Assembly: GCA_965247115.1 (NCBI GenBank)
Contig: CBDFGR010000002.1
Location: forward strand, 2,080,001-2,144,000
Direction of reading: 5' to 3'
Source: Myxococcota bacterium
Lineage (GTDB): Bacteria > Myxococcota_A > UBA9160 > SZUA-336
DNA length: 64,000 nt
Both the position numbers and the translations under genes were made by a program. Of the stretch, positions 9,500 to 19,123 are shown one piece after another. The first letter of the stretch is position 1, and every line of letters starts with the position of its first letter. The notes beneath the pieces were generated by a model. The model saw only the letters and a program-made list of their open reading frames with translations, ran no database searches and had not been told where the DNA came from.

Positions 9500-9640
9500 T
9501 GGGGAACTCCGCGGGCGGCTCTCATTTCGGGTTGCCGCCTACACGAGTGGCCCTCGAGGCGTACCTGGAGATGCTCGATGGCACGGGTCTGCCGTGGTCG
9601 GTTGCGACCCTCGGAGGCGAGGTGGTAGGCTGTAAACTGG
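9500..9640 (+). pseudogene. Fragment resembling a beta-keto acid cleavage enzyme (DUF849) C-terminus
   Basis: FGLPPTRVALEAYLEMLDGTGLPWSVATLGG. Confidence 0.5.
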
Positions 9641-9711
9641 CGCGGTGGCGAGCTGCGCCGAAGCGCGCAAGGTGCTCGGGCTTCCCGAGCGCGCAGACTG
9701 AGGCGAAGGCC

Positions 9712-10950
9712 GTGCCATCCAGAGCGCTCTCACACATTCGCATTTGCGACTTCACGGGTCAGCTGGCGGGGGCGGGGGCCACGCGCTTTCTGGCCGCGTT
9801 CGGCGCGCAGATTGTCCGCATCGAAGACCCGGTGCGCGAAGGTCGCTGGGACATCACGCGGGGCTGCCCGCCCTTCACCGATGACCGCAGGGGGATCGAC
9901 GTGGGCGGCGTGTTCAACAACCACAACGTGGAGAAGCTCGGCATCACGCTGAATCTGCGGAGCGAGCGCGCGAAGGAGCTCTTGCGAGAGCTGATCAAGA
10001 TCTCCGACGTGGTGTCCGAGAACTTCGCCGCGGGCGTGCTCGAGCGGCTCGGCTTCGGTTACGAGGCCCTGCGAGAAATCAAGCCCGACATCATCTACGC
10101 GTCGAACTGCGGATTCGGCCACAGCGGCCCGTACCGCAAGTTCAAGTCCTGGGGACCGATCGTGCAGGCGATCAGCGGCCTCACGTTCAGCTCGGGGCTT
10201 CCTGATCAGCCGCCGGCGGGCTGGGGCTACTCGTACATGGACCACACCGGGGGCTACTACATGGCCCTCGCGATCCTCTTCGCGTTGCACCACAAGAACC
10301 GCACGGGCGAGGGCCAGTGGGTCGACCTGTCGTGCACCGAGGCCGGCGCGAGCCTGAACGGCCCGGCGGTGCTCGACTACACGGTGAACGGACGCCCCCT
10401 CCGACGCGCGGGCATGCCGAACAGCAACCGCAACAAGTGGCCCGAGATGGCGCCCCACGGTGTGTACCCAGCCAGCGGCGACGATTCCTGGATCGCGATC
10501 GCGTGCCGCAGCGACGCCGACTGGCGGGCGTTCGGAGGCGCGGTCGGCGAGCCGTGGACCCGCGAGGCGCGCTTCGCGAGCCTCGCCGGCCGTATCGAGC
10601 GGCAGGATGCACTCGACGAGCTCGTGAGCGCCTGGACGCGCCCGCGCGACCGCTTCGCCGCCGCGGCGGATCTTCAGGCGGCCGGAGTGCCCGCGGCAGC
10701 CGTCCAGCGGCCGGCTGAGCGGATCGATGACGACCCCAACACCGCAGAGTGGGGGCTCTGGCCGACCGTGAAACACACCGCCATGGGCGACGTGCGCGTC
10801 GACGGCCAGCCGGTGCACCTGTCGGAGACGGATTGGGCGATCGAGCGGGGCGGACCGTGCCTCGGTGAACACAACGACTACGTATTCGGCGAGCTGCTCG
10901 GTCTCGACGCCGCCGAAATCGAGAAGCTGCGCGAGGAGAAGGTGATATGA
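9712..10950 (+). CDS. Family III CoA-transferase (subunit with the catalytic Asp)
   Basis: ALSHIRICDFTGQLAGAGATRFLAAFGAQIVRIE, ENFAAG, YSYMDHTGG; GTG 9712. Confidence 0.88.
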   Translation: MPSRALSHIRICDFTGQLAGAGATRFLAAFGAQIVRIEDPVREGRWDITRGCPPFTDDRRGIDVGGVFNNHNVEKLGITLNLRSERAKELLRELIKISDVVSENFAAGVLERLGFGYEALREIKPDIIYASNCGFGHSGPYRKFKSWGPIVQAISGLTFSSGLPDQPPAGWGYSYMDHTGGYYMALAILFALHHKNRTGEGQWVDLSCTEAGASLNGPAVLDYTVNGRPLRRAGMPNSNRNKWPEMAPHGVYPASGDDSWIAIACRSDADWRAFGGAVGEPWTREARFASLAGRIERQDALDELVSAWTRPRDRFAAAADLQAAGVPAAAVQRPAERIDDDPNTAEWGLWPTVKHTAMGDVRVDGQPVHLSETDWAIERGGPCLGEHNDYVFGELLGLDAAEIEKLREEKVI

Positions 10951-12233
10951 CAGACACTGGCGCAACGGCGGGGGCCGTGAGCGATCTGCGGGTAGTCGAG
11001 CTCGCGAGCGAGCGCTGCGCCTTCGCGGGCAAGCTGTTCGCCGACATGGGCGCGAGCGTGGTCACCGTGGAGCCGCGTGCAGGCTGTGCCACGCGCAGCT
11101 ACGGCCCCTTCCTCGCGGACGAGGGTGGAAAGGAGCGCAGCCTCTACTGGTGGCACTACAACACCAGCAAGCGGGGGATCACCCTCGACCTCGACACGGA
11201 GCGGGGTCGCGAGCTCCTGCGCGACCTCGTGCGCTCGTCAGATCTGCTCATCGAGTCCGAGACGCCGGGTCGGCTCGAGTCTCTCGGGCTCGACTTCGCG
11301 AGTCTGCGCGCGCTGCGCCCCGACCTGATCATGGTCTCGCTCTCGCCGTTCGGCGCGTCGGGACCGCGCGCGGACGAGCTCGCCACCGACCTCACGGTGC
11401 TCGCGGCTGGCGGACCCGTGTGGATGAACGGCTACGACGACCACTCGCTGCCGCCGGTGCGGGGCGGCGGCAACCAGGGCTACCACACCGGTTGCCACTT
11501 CGCAGTGCTCTCGGCGCTGGTCGCATTGCTCGTTCGCGATCAGACTGGGCAGGGTCAACACGTCGATGTGAACATGCACGCTGCGGCCAATGTCACCACC
11601 GAGGGCGGCAGCTACCAGTGGCTTGTGGCGCGCGAGACGGTGCAGCGCCAGACCGGTCAACACGCGAGCACGAGCCCGTCACTGCCCAGCCAGGTGCAGT
11701 GCGCCGATGGCCGCTACGTGAACACGGGCGTGCCCCCGCGTTTCCCGCACGAGTTTCGGGCCTTGTACGAGTGGGTCGTGGAGCTCGGTCTGAAGGACGA
11801 GTTTCCCGAGGCCGTGTTTCTCGAGATGGGCATGCAGCATAGCGAGCAGATCGACATGTTCCCTGAAGACGAAGAGGAGCTGGCCATCTTCGGCGCCGGA
11901 CGCGAGGCCTTGAACCTGATCGCCTCGAAGCTTCCCGCCTACGAGTTCTTCATGGGAGCGCAGACCCGCGGCCTCTCCGTGGGAATCATCTACTCGCCAG
12001 AGGAGGTCTTCGAGGACCCGCACTTCGTGGCGAGGGGCTTCCAGGTCGAGGTCGAGCACCCCGAGCTCGGCCGCTCATTCAAGTACCCCGGGGCGCCCTA
12101 TCTGTTCCACGGCTCGCCGTGGAACATCGCGCGGCGCGCGCCGCTGCTCGGCGAGCACAACGCCGAGATCTACAGTGAGCTCGGAGTCTCGGCGCAAGAG
12201 CTCGAGCGACTCTCGAGCGAAGGGATCGTGTAG
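10947..12233 (+). CDS. Family III CoA-transferase (second, translationally coupled subunit)
   Basis: LRVVELASERCAFAGKLFADMGASVVTVE, YNTSKRGITLDL, RAPLLGEHN; ATGA overlap with the upstream gene. Confidence 0.88.
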   Translation: MTDTGATAGAVSDLRVVELASERCAFAGKLFADMGASVVTVEPRAGCATRSYGPFLADEGGKERSLYWWHYNTSKRGITLDLDTERGRELLRDLVRSSDLLIESETPGRLESLGLDFASLRALRPDLIMVSLSPFGASGPRADELATDLTVLAAGGPVWMNGYDDHSLPPVRGGGNQGYHTGCHFAVLSALVALLVRDQTGQGQHVDVNMHAAANVTTEGGSYQWLVARETVQRQTGQHASTSPSLPSQVQCADGRYVNTGVPPRFPHEFRALYEWVVELGLKDEFPEAVFLEMGMQHSEQIDMFPEDEEELAIFGAGREALNLIASKLPAYEFFMGAQTRGLSVGIIYSPEEVFEDPHFVARGFQVEVEHPELGRSFKYPGAPYLFHGSPWNIARRAPLLGEHNAEIYSELGVSAQELERLSSEGIV

Positions 12234-12235
12234 CC

Positions 12236-12470
12236 ATGGAGCAATTCGGCGACAAGGTCGCAGTCATCACCGGGGGCGCGAGCGGCATCGGCCTGGCCAC
12301 AGCGCGCCGGCTCACGCGCGAGGGCATGAAGCTCGTGTTGGCAGACATCCAGCCGGAGCCGTTGGCCCGAGCGGAGAGCGAGATCCGCGCGCTCGGGGTC
12401 GAGGCGCTCGGCGTGCAGACCGACGTGGGCGACCTCGCGCAGGTGGAGGCCCTGGCGGAGCGCACTTTCG
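12236..12470 (+). pseudogene. SDR oxidoreductase N-terminal fragment
   Basis: KVAVITGGASGIGLA; similarity is lost after AERTF. Confidence 0.8.
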
Positions 12471-12499
12471 CGCCCCCCTGCCCGGCTTTACATAACGCC

Positions 12500-12654
12500 C
12501 CAACATCATGTTCGAGACCGACTTCCCGCACCCCACCTGCAAGTACCCCGACGTCCAGGAGTACCTCGCCGACGTGACCGCCGACTGGAGCGAGACCACG
12601 CGCCGCAAGATCCTGCAGGACAACGCGGCGCGCCTGTACCGCGTGGAGGTGTAG
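12500..12654 (+). pseudogene. Amidohydrolase C-terminal fragment (inverted copy of 47624..47775)
   Basis: NIMFETDFPHPTCKYPDVQEYL...ARLYRVEV*. Confidence 0.85.
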
Positions 12655-12756
12655 AGAGGGGCGCGAGGGCGGCCTCGCACCTGTCCGGGCTCTACGGCCG
12701 AACAGAGCGTCTACCACCAGAGGACATGGCGTCGTACCTGCTGCTGCCCGTGATTC

Positions 12757-13188
12757 CTAGGTAGCGCGCTCCCACTGGGGCAGCAGCAGCTTCCCGCCCG
12801 ACTCGGGGTCGGTGACCTCCTCCCACACCGCGCGCACGGGCATACCGATGCGCGCCTCTTCGGGTGGGACGTCGACGAGGTTGCCGGTTACGCGCACGTG
12901 CGGGACCTCGTCCAGGCTCACGAGCACCACGGTGTAGGGCACCGCCTCCTCGAGCATGGGGTGGACCGGGTGTCTCACGACCGTGTGACTGTAGATCGTC
13001 CCGCGCCCCGCCACTTCGCGCGTGTCGAAGTCCATTCCCTGGCAGCGGTGGCACACGTCCTCGGGCGGGTGTTGGATGAACTCACACGCCGTACATCGCT
13101 GGAGCAGAAGTCGCCCGGTGGTGAAGAAGGCCTCGGTCCGCGGTTCGATCGCCGGCAGCACCCATTCGTCTGGCATGGTACGGGCCAC
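12757..13188 (-). CDS. Zn-ribbon/OB-fold (DUF35) protein, copy of 47090..47521
   Basis: CTAC...CHRC, GRGTIYSHTVV, PYTVVLVSLDE. Confidence 0.88.
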   Translation of the reverse strand: MARTMPDEWVLPAIEPRTEAFFTTGRLLLQRCTACEFIQHPPEDVCHRCQGMDFDTREVAGRGTIYSHTVVRHPVHPMLEEAVPYTVVLVSLDEVPHVRVTGNLVDVPPEEARIGMPVRAVWEEVTDPESGGKLLLPQWERAT

Positions 13189-13198
13189 GTGGCCTCCC

Positions 13199-13520
13199 TC
13201 AGTCTCGACAGAACAGCACGGCGCTACCCGGTGCGTAGCCCGGCCCCCCCACGACCAGGCTGAGCTCGGCATCCTCGACCTGGCACGTCGAGTCGCCGCG
13301 GATCTGGCGCACGGCCTCGTTCACGAGCCCGAAGCCGTGGATGTACGCCTCGCGAGTCCATGTACGACACGAAGCCGTCTACGTCCGAGAGCCCGAGACC
13401 CGCGTCTTCCACCGCATTGCGGATGGCAATGCACGCCAGCTGAAACTCGGTCTCGGGGGCGCCGCCTCGCTTGTAGTAGTTCGACTCGCCCACACCGGCG
13501 ACGGCGGCTCGACACTCCAT
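13199..13520 (-). pseudogene. Internally deleted copy of the thiolase-like gene 45892..47079
   Basis: The 5' part (CRAAVAGVGES...) is joined at GCG to the 3' part (EAYIHGFG...). Confidence 0.85.
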
Positions 13521-13629
13521 CGGAACTCCTCGTTCGCGACCCCGAGGAGTATACACGCAGCGCCTGGCGACCTGGGTCGCAGAGCACGGCATCGACTCCG
13601 ATGGACCTCATCGAGGGGCACGCGATCTC

Positions 13630-13890
13630 CTCTTGCAGCGGCCGCCCCGACTCGAGCCGCCCATCGGTCCGTCCCTGCGCCACGAAGGCGAGGAGCTGAG
13701 CGCAGCGGCGCGCCGCCTGGTCCTCGAGCTCGACCATGGCGTCTTGCCCGTGCAGGGCCCTCCAAGCGCGGGCAAGACCTACATGGGAGCGCGCATGATC
13801 TGCGAGCTCGTCCGGGCCGGCAAGAAGGTCGGCGTAACCGCCGTCAGCCAAAAGTCATCAACAACCTCCTGAAGGCCGTCATCGAGGCTG
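13630..13890 (+). pseudogene. SF1 helicase fragment (TM0106 RecB-like nuclease-helicase type)
   Basis: VQGPPSAGKTYMGARMICELVRAGKKVGVTAVS, followed by a frameshift. Confidence 0.65.
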
Positions 13891-14114
13891 CGGAGGATCG
13901 ATACGCAGGCGAGTGTTCTTGGCGGAGTTTCGCTCGGACGTCGAAGGCCTACTGACGCGGGAGGCCGTCGAGGCCGTAGTCGTGTCGGGTCGACGCGAGC
14001 TGCCGCCCGAGCGTGGAGTGTCCTACCATGGGCACGATCGGTGGCGAGGCACATGATGACGACGCGCTCCCCGGGAGCGAGCTCTGCGTACTGCTTGATG
14101 CAGGTTGCGTCCAT

Positions 14115-14375
14115 ACAGGTCCCTTGCGGGCCCCGCAGAACCTCGATTCGCTCCAGGTCCGACATGATGGCGCTCGACGTTGTGCTGCGCGGCAGGTAGA
14201 CGCCGTCCAGGTTGAACGCCACCCTGGGCTTGCCCGAGCTGGTGCCGAACTCGGGGCCCACGCCCCGCAGGGTTGCTGGGAGTAGCTCTCGACCTCGGCA
14301 TACACGAGCCTGCGCACCTGGAACTGGATGTTCCCGACGCGAGTCCAGATCGCTTCGCTGGATCTCCTCAGACAT
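14115..14375 (-). pseudogene. Degenerate TonB-dependent receptor plug fragment
   Basis: TLRGVG...DGVY...DLERIEVLRGPQGT; paralogous to 37922..40285. Confidence 0.75.
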
Positions 14376-14859
14376 CCCCCGAACGACCGAAATCATCCTG
14401 TCGTTTGATGACGACTTCGAGGAGTTCAGCGGGCGGCTGAAGCAGCTCTCCAAGGAGTGGGAAACGGGCGGTCTGCGCGAAATCGCTCGGTAGGCCGCAG
14501 GGCGGACGTCGCAGAACGTCCCCTCCGGACCTCCGCCCGCTGCGGGGTAGAACGGAGACTCGGGGCACATCCCTGTCACCGCCGCACCCGCTCCTCGATC
14601 AGCTCGCCGCCGGGGAGGGCGGCTCGTGATCCCGGTGGAGATAGGGCCCGGTGGCTCGCCGCGCCTCCTCCCCGGCCGAAACGCGCTCTCGTGCCTCTTC
14701 ACCCAAGAATCGCCCAAACCGGCTTTCGGGGTTGCCCCAGGATCGACGATCTCGGGCCGGTCCGACCCGGGCCCGGGGGGGCGGAAGGCGAGGCTCTCCG
14801 TCTGGTCGCACACTGAAAAGGACCGCAGAGACTACGCAAGGTCCTCCCACAACTCGCGA

Positions 14860-15040
14860 GACCGATCCCACAGGATGCGATGGGCTTCGCTGCTTCAGCG
14901 CGTCTTCGAGATCGACGCTCTGCGGTGCCCGCGCTGCGGGTCCACGCTGCGCCTCATCGCGGCCATCGAAGATCCCACGGTGGCGCGGAAGATCCTCGAA
15001 TGCCTGAAGCTTCCAGCACGCGCGCCCCCGCTCGAGCCGC
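14860..15040 (+). mobile_element. IS91/ISCR-like transposase C-terminal remnant
   Basis: WASLLQRVFEIDALRCPRCGSTLRLIAAIEDPTVARKILECLKLPARAPP. Confidence 0.75.
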
Positions 15041-15047
15041 GGCGGGA

Positions 15048-15243
15048 GGAAAGTACGCACCACGGGGGACTTCGCCATGCCGCCGGTGAGATAGACGAGA
15101 TCCGGCGCCGTGTTTCCCTGTGCCAGCACCTCAGCCACGACGCCGTGCAGATGATCGAGTAGCCGTTCCACCGCAATTTCGTAATCCACTTCGCGCAACT
15201 GCGCTTCGAGACCCTCATCCACGTAGCCGAGATCCACGCACAC
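15048..15243 (-). pseudogene. Hsp70-family (YegD-like) fragment
   Basis: PDLVYLTGGMAKSPVVR resembles the Hsp70 adenosine-binding motif. Confidence 0.55.
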
Positions 15244-15289
15244 CTCAGAGCGCTCCGATAGTGCAATCTTCGCGAGCTCGGCGCTGCGC

Positions 15290-15964
15290 GCGAGACGATC
15301 AGGGACGCGGCCGTGGCTTCCGTTGCGGGTCCGGGCGCGAGGATGGCAGCGGGAACGATGACCGGGCTCGCGACCAGGAGCACACAGGCCGACGCCACGA
15401 GTGGATGGGTCTGCGGCATGCGTCGGGTGAGGATCGTGTTAGTGGCGTAGCAGAGCGCGCCTGCGAGGATGCCGCCCTGCCGCAGCAGGTCGCCCCCGAT
15501 CGCGGCGAGCGCCTCCGGGCCCATGAGCACGAGCACGCCGACAAAGCCCACTGCGAAGCCGGCCGCGCGCAGGAGAGTCATCGGTTCGCCCCGCACCAGG
15601 AAGTGCGCCAGCACCAACGTGACGAGCGGGTTCGTGCCCATCAGGATCCCGGCGACGCCACTCGGGACAGTCTGCTGTCCCAACTGATCAGGTAGAAGGG
15701 GAGGACGTTCCCGATGATGGCGAGCGCGAGGAAATGGAGCCAGATCCGTCCCCACGGGGGGAAGCGAAAGCCCACGAGGCGCAGCGTGACACAGAGTACT
15801 GCGGCTGCCACGACGATGCGCCCGGCCGCCACGCCCGCAGGCGAAACCGATTCCACAGCGAGACGAATGAACGCGAACGCCGTCCCCCACATCAGTGCAA
15901 TTACGACGAGGGCCGTCCAGTCGCCGAGCCTGTCCAGGCCGCGGATGGGGATCCGGTCGCGCAT
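15290..15964 (-). pseudogene. DMT/EamA transporter, frameshifted near 15680 and 3'-truncated
   Basis: LMWGTAFAFIRLAV...NVLPFYLISW|QQTVPSGVAGILMGTNPL spread over two frames. Confidence 0.8.
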
Positions 15965-16052
15965 GCCGGCGCAGCATGCCAGAATTCCGCGGCTTGAAAA
16001 CGCCACCCGATCTAGTAAGCTCCGGCGCATCGAACGGAGCCTGAGACTGCCC

Positions 16053-17174
16053 GTGAGCGAGTACAGCGAGCGCCTGATCTCCGCTGATTCCCACATCGTG
16101 GAACCCGCCGACCTCTGGACTACTCGACTCGATCGAGCGTGGCGCGACCGCGCGCCGCGGATCGCCACCCATTCCGACGGAGGCGACTACATCGTGATCG
16201 ATGGTCTGCGCCCGCGCCCGCTCGCCTTCGAGGGCCCGATGGCGGATCTCAAGGCCCAGGGCATGGAGATCCCCTCGCCCAAGGGCTTTCGATACGAAGA
16301 CAATCGACCCGGGAGCTGGGATCCCGACGAGCGCATCAAGGACCAGGAGCTCGACGGCGTGTCGGGCGAAGTGATCTACCCCGGGTTCGGCCTGATTCTC
16401 GTGCTCGCGCCCGACGCGGAGTACCTCTACGCCTGCTGCCGCACGTACAACGACTGGCTCGCGGAGTTCTGCGGCGCCTACCCGGAGCGCTTGAAGGGCG
16501 TCGCGATGCTGCCCAACCGCGGACCCATCGAGTGGGCCATCCGCGAAGCGGAACGCACGGCCAGGCTCGGCTTTGGAAGCGTCATGCTGCCGGGATGGAA
16601 TGACGACCTGCCCTACAACCTACCCGACTGGGATCCGCTCTGGGCCACCCTTCAGGACATGCGCTCGCTCGCGAGCATTCACATCGGTGGTCGCGAGCCC
16701 TTCGGTAAAGCACACGGCCCCGGAGCAGGGGGCATCATCATCAGCTCGCTGCGCATCGAGATGAGCGACCCCCTGCTGCGTCTGATCTGGGGCGGTGCGG
16801 CCGCGCGCTTCCCCGACATGCGCTGGGCTCTGGTCGAGAGCGGCATTGGCTGGATCGCGAACGTGCTGGGCTTCATGGACCACTGGTGGAACGACCACCG
16901 CGGCTGGCTCGAACCCAGACTGGAGCGTCCCCCGAGCGAGTACTTCCGGCGTCAGTTCTACGCGACCTTCGAAAACGACCGCGCGGGCGTGCTCACGCGC
17001 GAGCTGATGGGAGAGGACAATCTCATGTGGGGCTCCGACTATCCCCACACCGAGGGGGTGTGGCCGTTCTCGCGGAAGCTAGTCGCGCAGAACTTCGCCG
17101 GAATCGACCCGGACGACACCCGGAAGATGGTCCACGACAACGCGGTGAAGCTGTACGGCTTTCCCTCGCGCTAG
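16053..17174 (+). CDS. Amidohydrolase_2-family metal-dependent hydrolase/decarboxylase
   Basis: ISADSHIVEP, VESGIGW, MWGSDYPHTEG; GTG 16053. Confidence 0.9.
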   Translation: MSEYSERLISADSHIVEPADLWTTRLDRAWRDRAPRIATHSDGGDYIVIDGLRPRPLAFEGPMADLKAQGMEIPSPKGFRYEDNRPGSWDPDERIKDQELDGVSGEVIYPGFGLILVLAPDAEYLYACCRTYNDWLAEFCGAYPERLKGVAMLPNRGPIEWAIREAERTARLGFGSVMLPGWNDDLPYNLPDWDPLWATLQDMRSLASIHIGGREPFGKAHGPGAGGIIISSLRIEMSDPLLRLIWGGAAARFPDMRWALVESGIGWIANVLGFMDHWWNDHRGWLEPRLERPPSEYFRRQFYATFENDRAGVLTRELMGEDNLMWGSDYPHTEGVWPFSRKLVAQNFAGIDPDDTRKMVHDNAVKLYGFPSR

Positions 17175-17197
17175 TCGGGGCGGTCTACGCGTCGCGG

Positions 17198-17389
17198 GGC
17201 GCCAGCAGGGCCAGCGCCTTGTGAGTGGCCTCCAGGCGCTCTTCATTCACCGGACTGACCGCCAGCACCGGCAGCGAAACACCCGCCTCCCGCAGGAGTA
17301 TTACGACCACATGCATCGCGGCCGACTTCTCGGCCGACGAGAAGGCGGCGCTGTTTCACGACACCGCGGCGCGGGTCTATCGTCTATGA
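17198..17389 (+). repeat. Partial copy of 19082..19192 (hairpin arm plus BVMO 5' end) fused to an amidohydrolase C-terminal scrap
   Basis: Identical from CCTTGTGAGTGG to GACCACAT; then FSADEKAALFHDTAARVYRL*. Confidence 0.75.
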
Positions 17390-17515
17390 GTGAGCGTCGA
17401 CACGATGCTTCCCGCAACGTGCGCCTGCTCGTACATCGCCAAACGACAGAGAAACAGATTTGGCTCCGCGCTGATCTGCTGGCGCGCTGGAGCCGCTCTC
17501 TAGGAGGTGACTGGC

Positions 17516-18532
17516 ATGCCTACTAACGTCTGCATAAGCGCCTTCCCGCAGGGCTGGGAGGCGGTGGTCGAGCTCGCGAAGGCGGCCGAGCGCGCCGGGA
17601 TGAGCGACTTCGGCGTGGCCGACTCGCCGCTCATCGCCCGCGATCTCTACGTGTCCTGCGCCGCGTGCCTGCTCGAGACCTCGAATCTGCGCGTGCAGAC
17701 CGCGGTCACCAATCCGGTCACCCGCCACCCCTCGGTCACCGCCGGCAGCGTGCTGTCGATGGCCGAGCTCGGCCCCGGCCGGGTGGCCATCGGCATCGCC
17801 ACCGGGGACAGCGCGGTGTGGGGCGCGGGGCTCAAGCCCGCGAAGATCGCGCACATGTGCGAGTACATCGTGGCGCTGAAGACGCTGCTGCGCGGAGAGC
17901 CGGCTACCTACCAAGGTGCGACCTTCTCCGGGCACTGGCCGGACTTCGATCCGGCGCTCGCCCCGCCGGTGTACGTCGCCTGCTCGGGGCCGCGGGTGCT
18001 CAAGGCCTCCGCGCAGGTGGCCGATGGCCTGATCATCGCGGAGATGGGTTACATGCCGGAGAACATTGCGCACGTTCGCGCGTTGATCGCAGAAGGCTGC
18101 GCCGAGGTCGATCGCGATCCGGAAGAGCTGGATCTCTGGTGGCTGGCCGAGTTCCGATTCGCCGACGATGCCGAGGCTGCGGCCGCGGCATGCGTGGGAG
18201 CGAGCCAGTGGCTGATCACCGGCAGCACCCGGGGCAAGGGGATCCCCGAGGGCTTCGTGCCGAAGCTCCGCGAGCTGCACGCAGACACCCATACGCTCGC
18301 CACTTACTCGGCTCGAGACCGAAGCGAGATGCTGGCCGCGCGCGCCAAGCGGCTCGGCCTGTACGACTGGCTGCTGGAGCGCTCCGCCCGGCTCTACGGC
18401 ACCGCCGACGACATCGGCGCGCGCATGGACGAGCTGCGCGAGCTCGGCATCGAGAACTGGTACCTGTGGCCGGACGGCGAGATGAACATCGTCGAGAGCA
18501 TGGAGCGCCTCGGAGAGGTGATCAATCGCTAG
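17516..18532 (+). CDS. LLM-class flavin/F420-dependent oxidoreductase (Mer-like)
   Basis: AVTNPVTRHPSVTAG, GRVAIGIATGDSAV, PPVYVACSGPR; GGAGG RBS. Confidence 0.88.
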   Translation: MPTNVCISAFPQGWEAVVELAKAAERAGMSDFGVADSPLIARDLYVSCAACLLETSNLRVQTAVTNPVTRHPSVTAGSVLSMAELGPGRVAIGIATGDSAVWGAGLKPAKIAHMCEYIVALKTLLRGEPATYQGATFSGHWPDFDPALAPPVYVACSGPRVLKASAQVADGLIIAEMGYMPENIAHVRALIAEGCAEVDRDPEELDLWWLAEFRFADDAEAAAAACVGASQWLITGSTRGKGIPEGFVPKLRELHADTHTLATYSARDRSEMLAARAKRLGLYDWLLERSARLYGTADDIGARMDELRELGIENWYLWPDGEMNIVESMERLGEVINR

Positions 18533-18617
18533 CACCGCGCCGGCGACGGTGCTGACCCCTTGCTAACATGATCTCGTCGGCAATGTGGGCTGGAGCGAGC
18601 TGTGTCACACCTCACCA

Positions 18618-18738
18618 CGTCGCTCGGGCCGACGTCCGCGACGCGGCCGTCGGTGACCACCACCGTCCCGGGCGCATACACCGTACGCTGCCCGACGACC
18701 GTCACCACCGTCGCGTCTCGAATCACCGTCGTGCTCAT
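18618..18738 (-). pseudogene. N-terminal fragment of a deaminase-type amidohydrolase
   Basis: MSTTVIRDATVVTV...GTVVVTDGRVADVGP with GGGAG RBS. Confidence 0.55.
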
Positions 18739-19056
18739 GGTGCGTCTCCCGATGCAGCCCGACCCTCGGCACCGGGACGGGTAGCGGATAATTCTCGTCG
18801 ACAGGGGGCATCGACGGAAGCGGCTCGGGTCGGCAGGCCGGTCCCCGCACGACCGGCTCACCGCGGCGATGCTGCGGGTTGGCCTTGTCGGCTTCGCGGC
18901 AGCAGTCGGCCGAGGTGCGGGGATAGGTCGAACAAGCGGGTTTTTGGTTCCGATAATCCCGCGTTCTGTTCAATAGGGACGGGTCCCCCCCCTCCGGCAA
19001 TCCCGTTCCAGCGGGCCTTGAAGGCCCCCGAACGAGGAGCTCGAGGCCCCAAGGGA

Positions 19057-19123
19057 GAGCGCCTGAAAGCCACCCACAAGGCCCTGGCCCTGCTGGCGCC
19101 TTGTGAGTGGCCTCCAGGCGCTC
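19057..19123. repeat. 25-bp imperfect inverted repeat with a 17-nt spacer (REP-like hairpin)
   Basis: GAGCGCCTGAAAGCCACCCACAAGG versus rc of the right arm GAGCGCCTGGAGGCCACTCACAAGG, 22/25. Confidence 0.75.

Noticed and set aside
18920..18945. Possible IS91/ISCR oriIS end (rc CGCTTGTTCGACCTATC)
   Set aside because: Only a loose resemblance from memory, and it is 4 kb from the IS91-like fragment and on the opposite strand.
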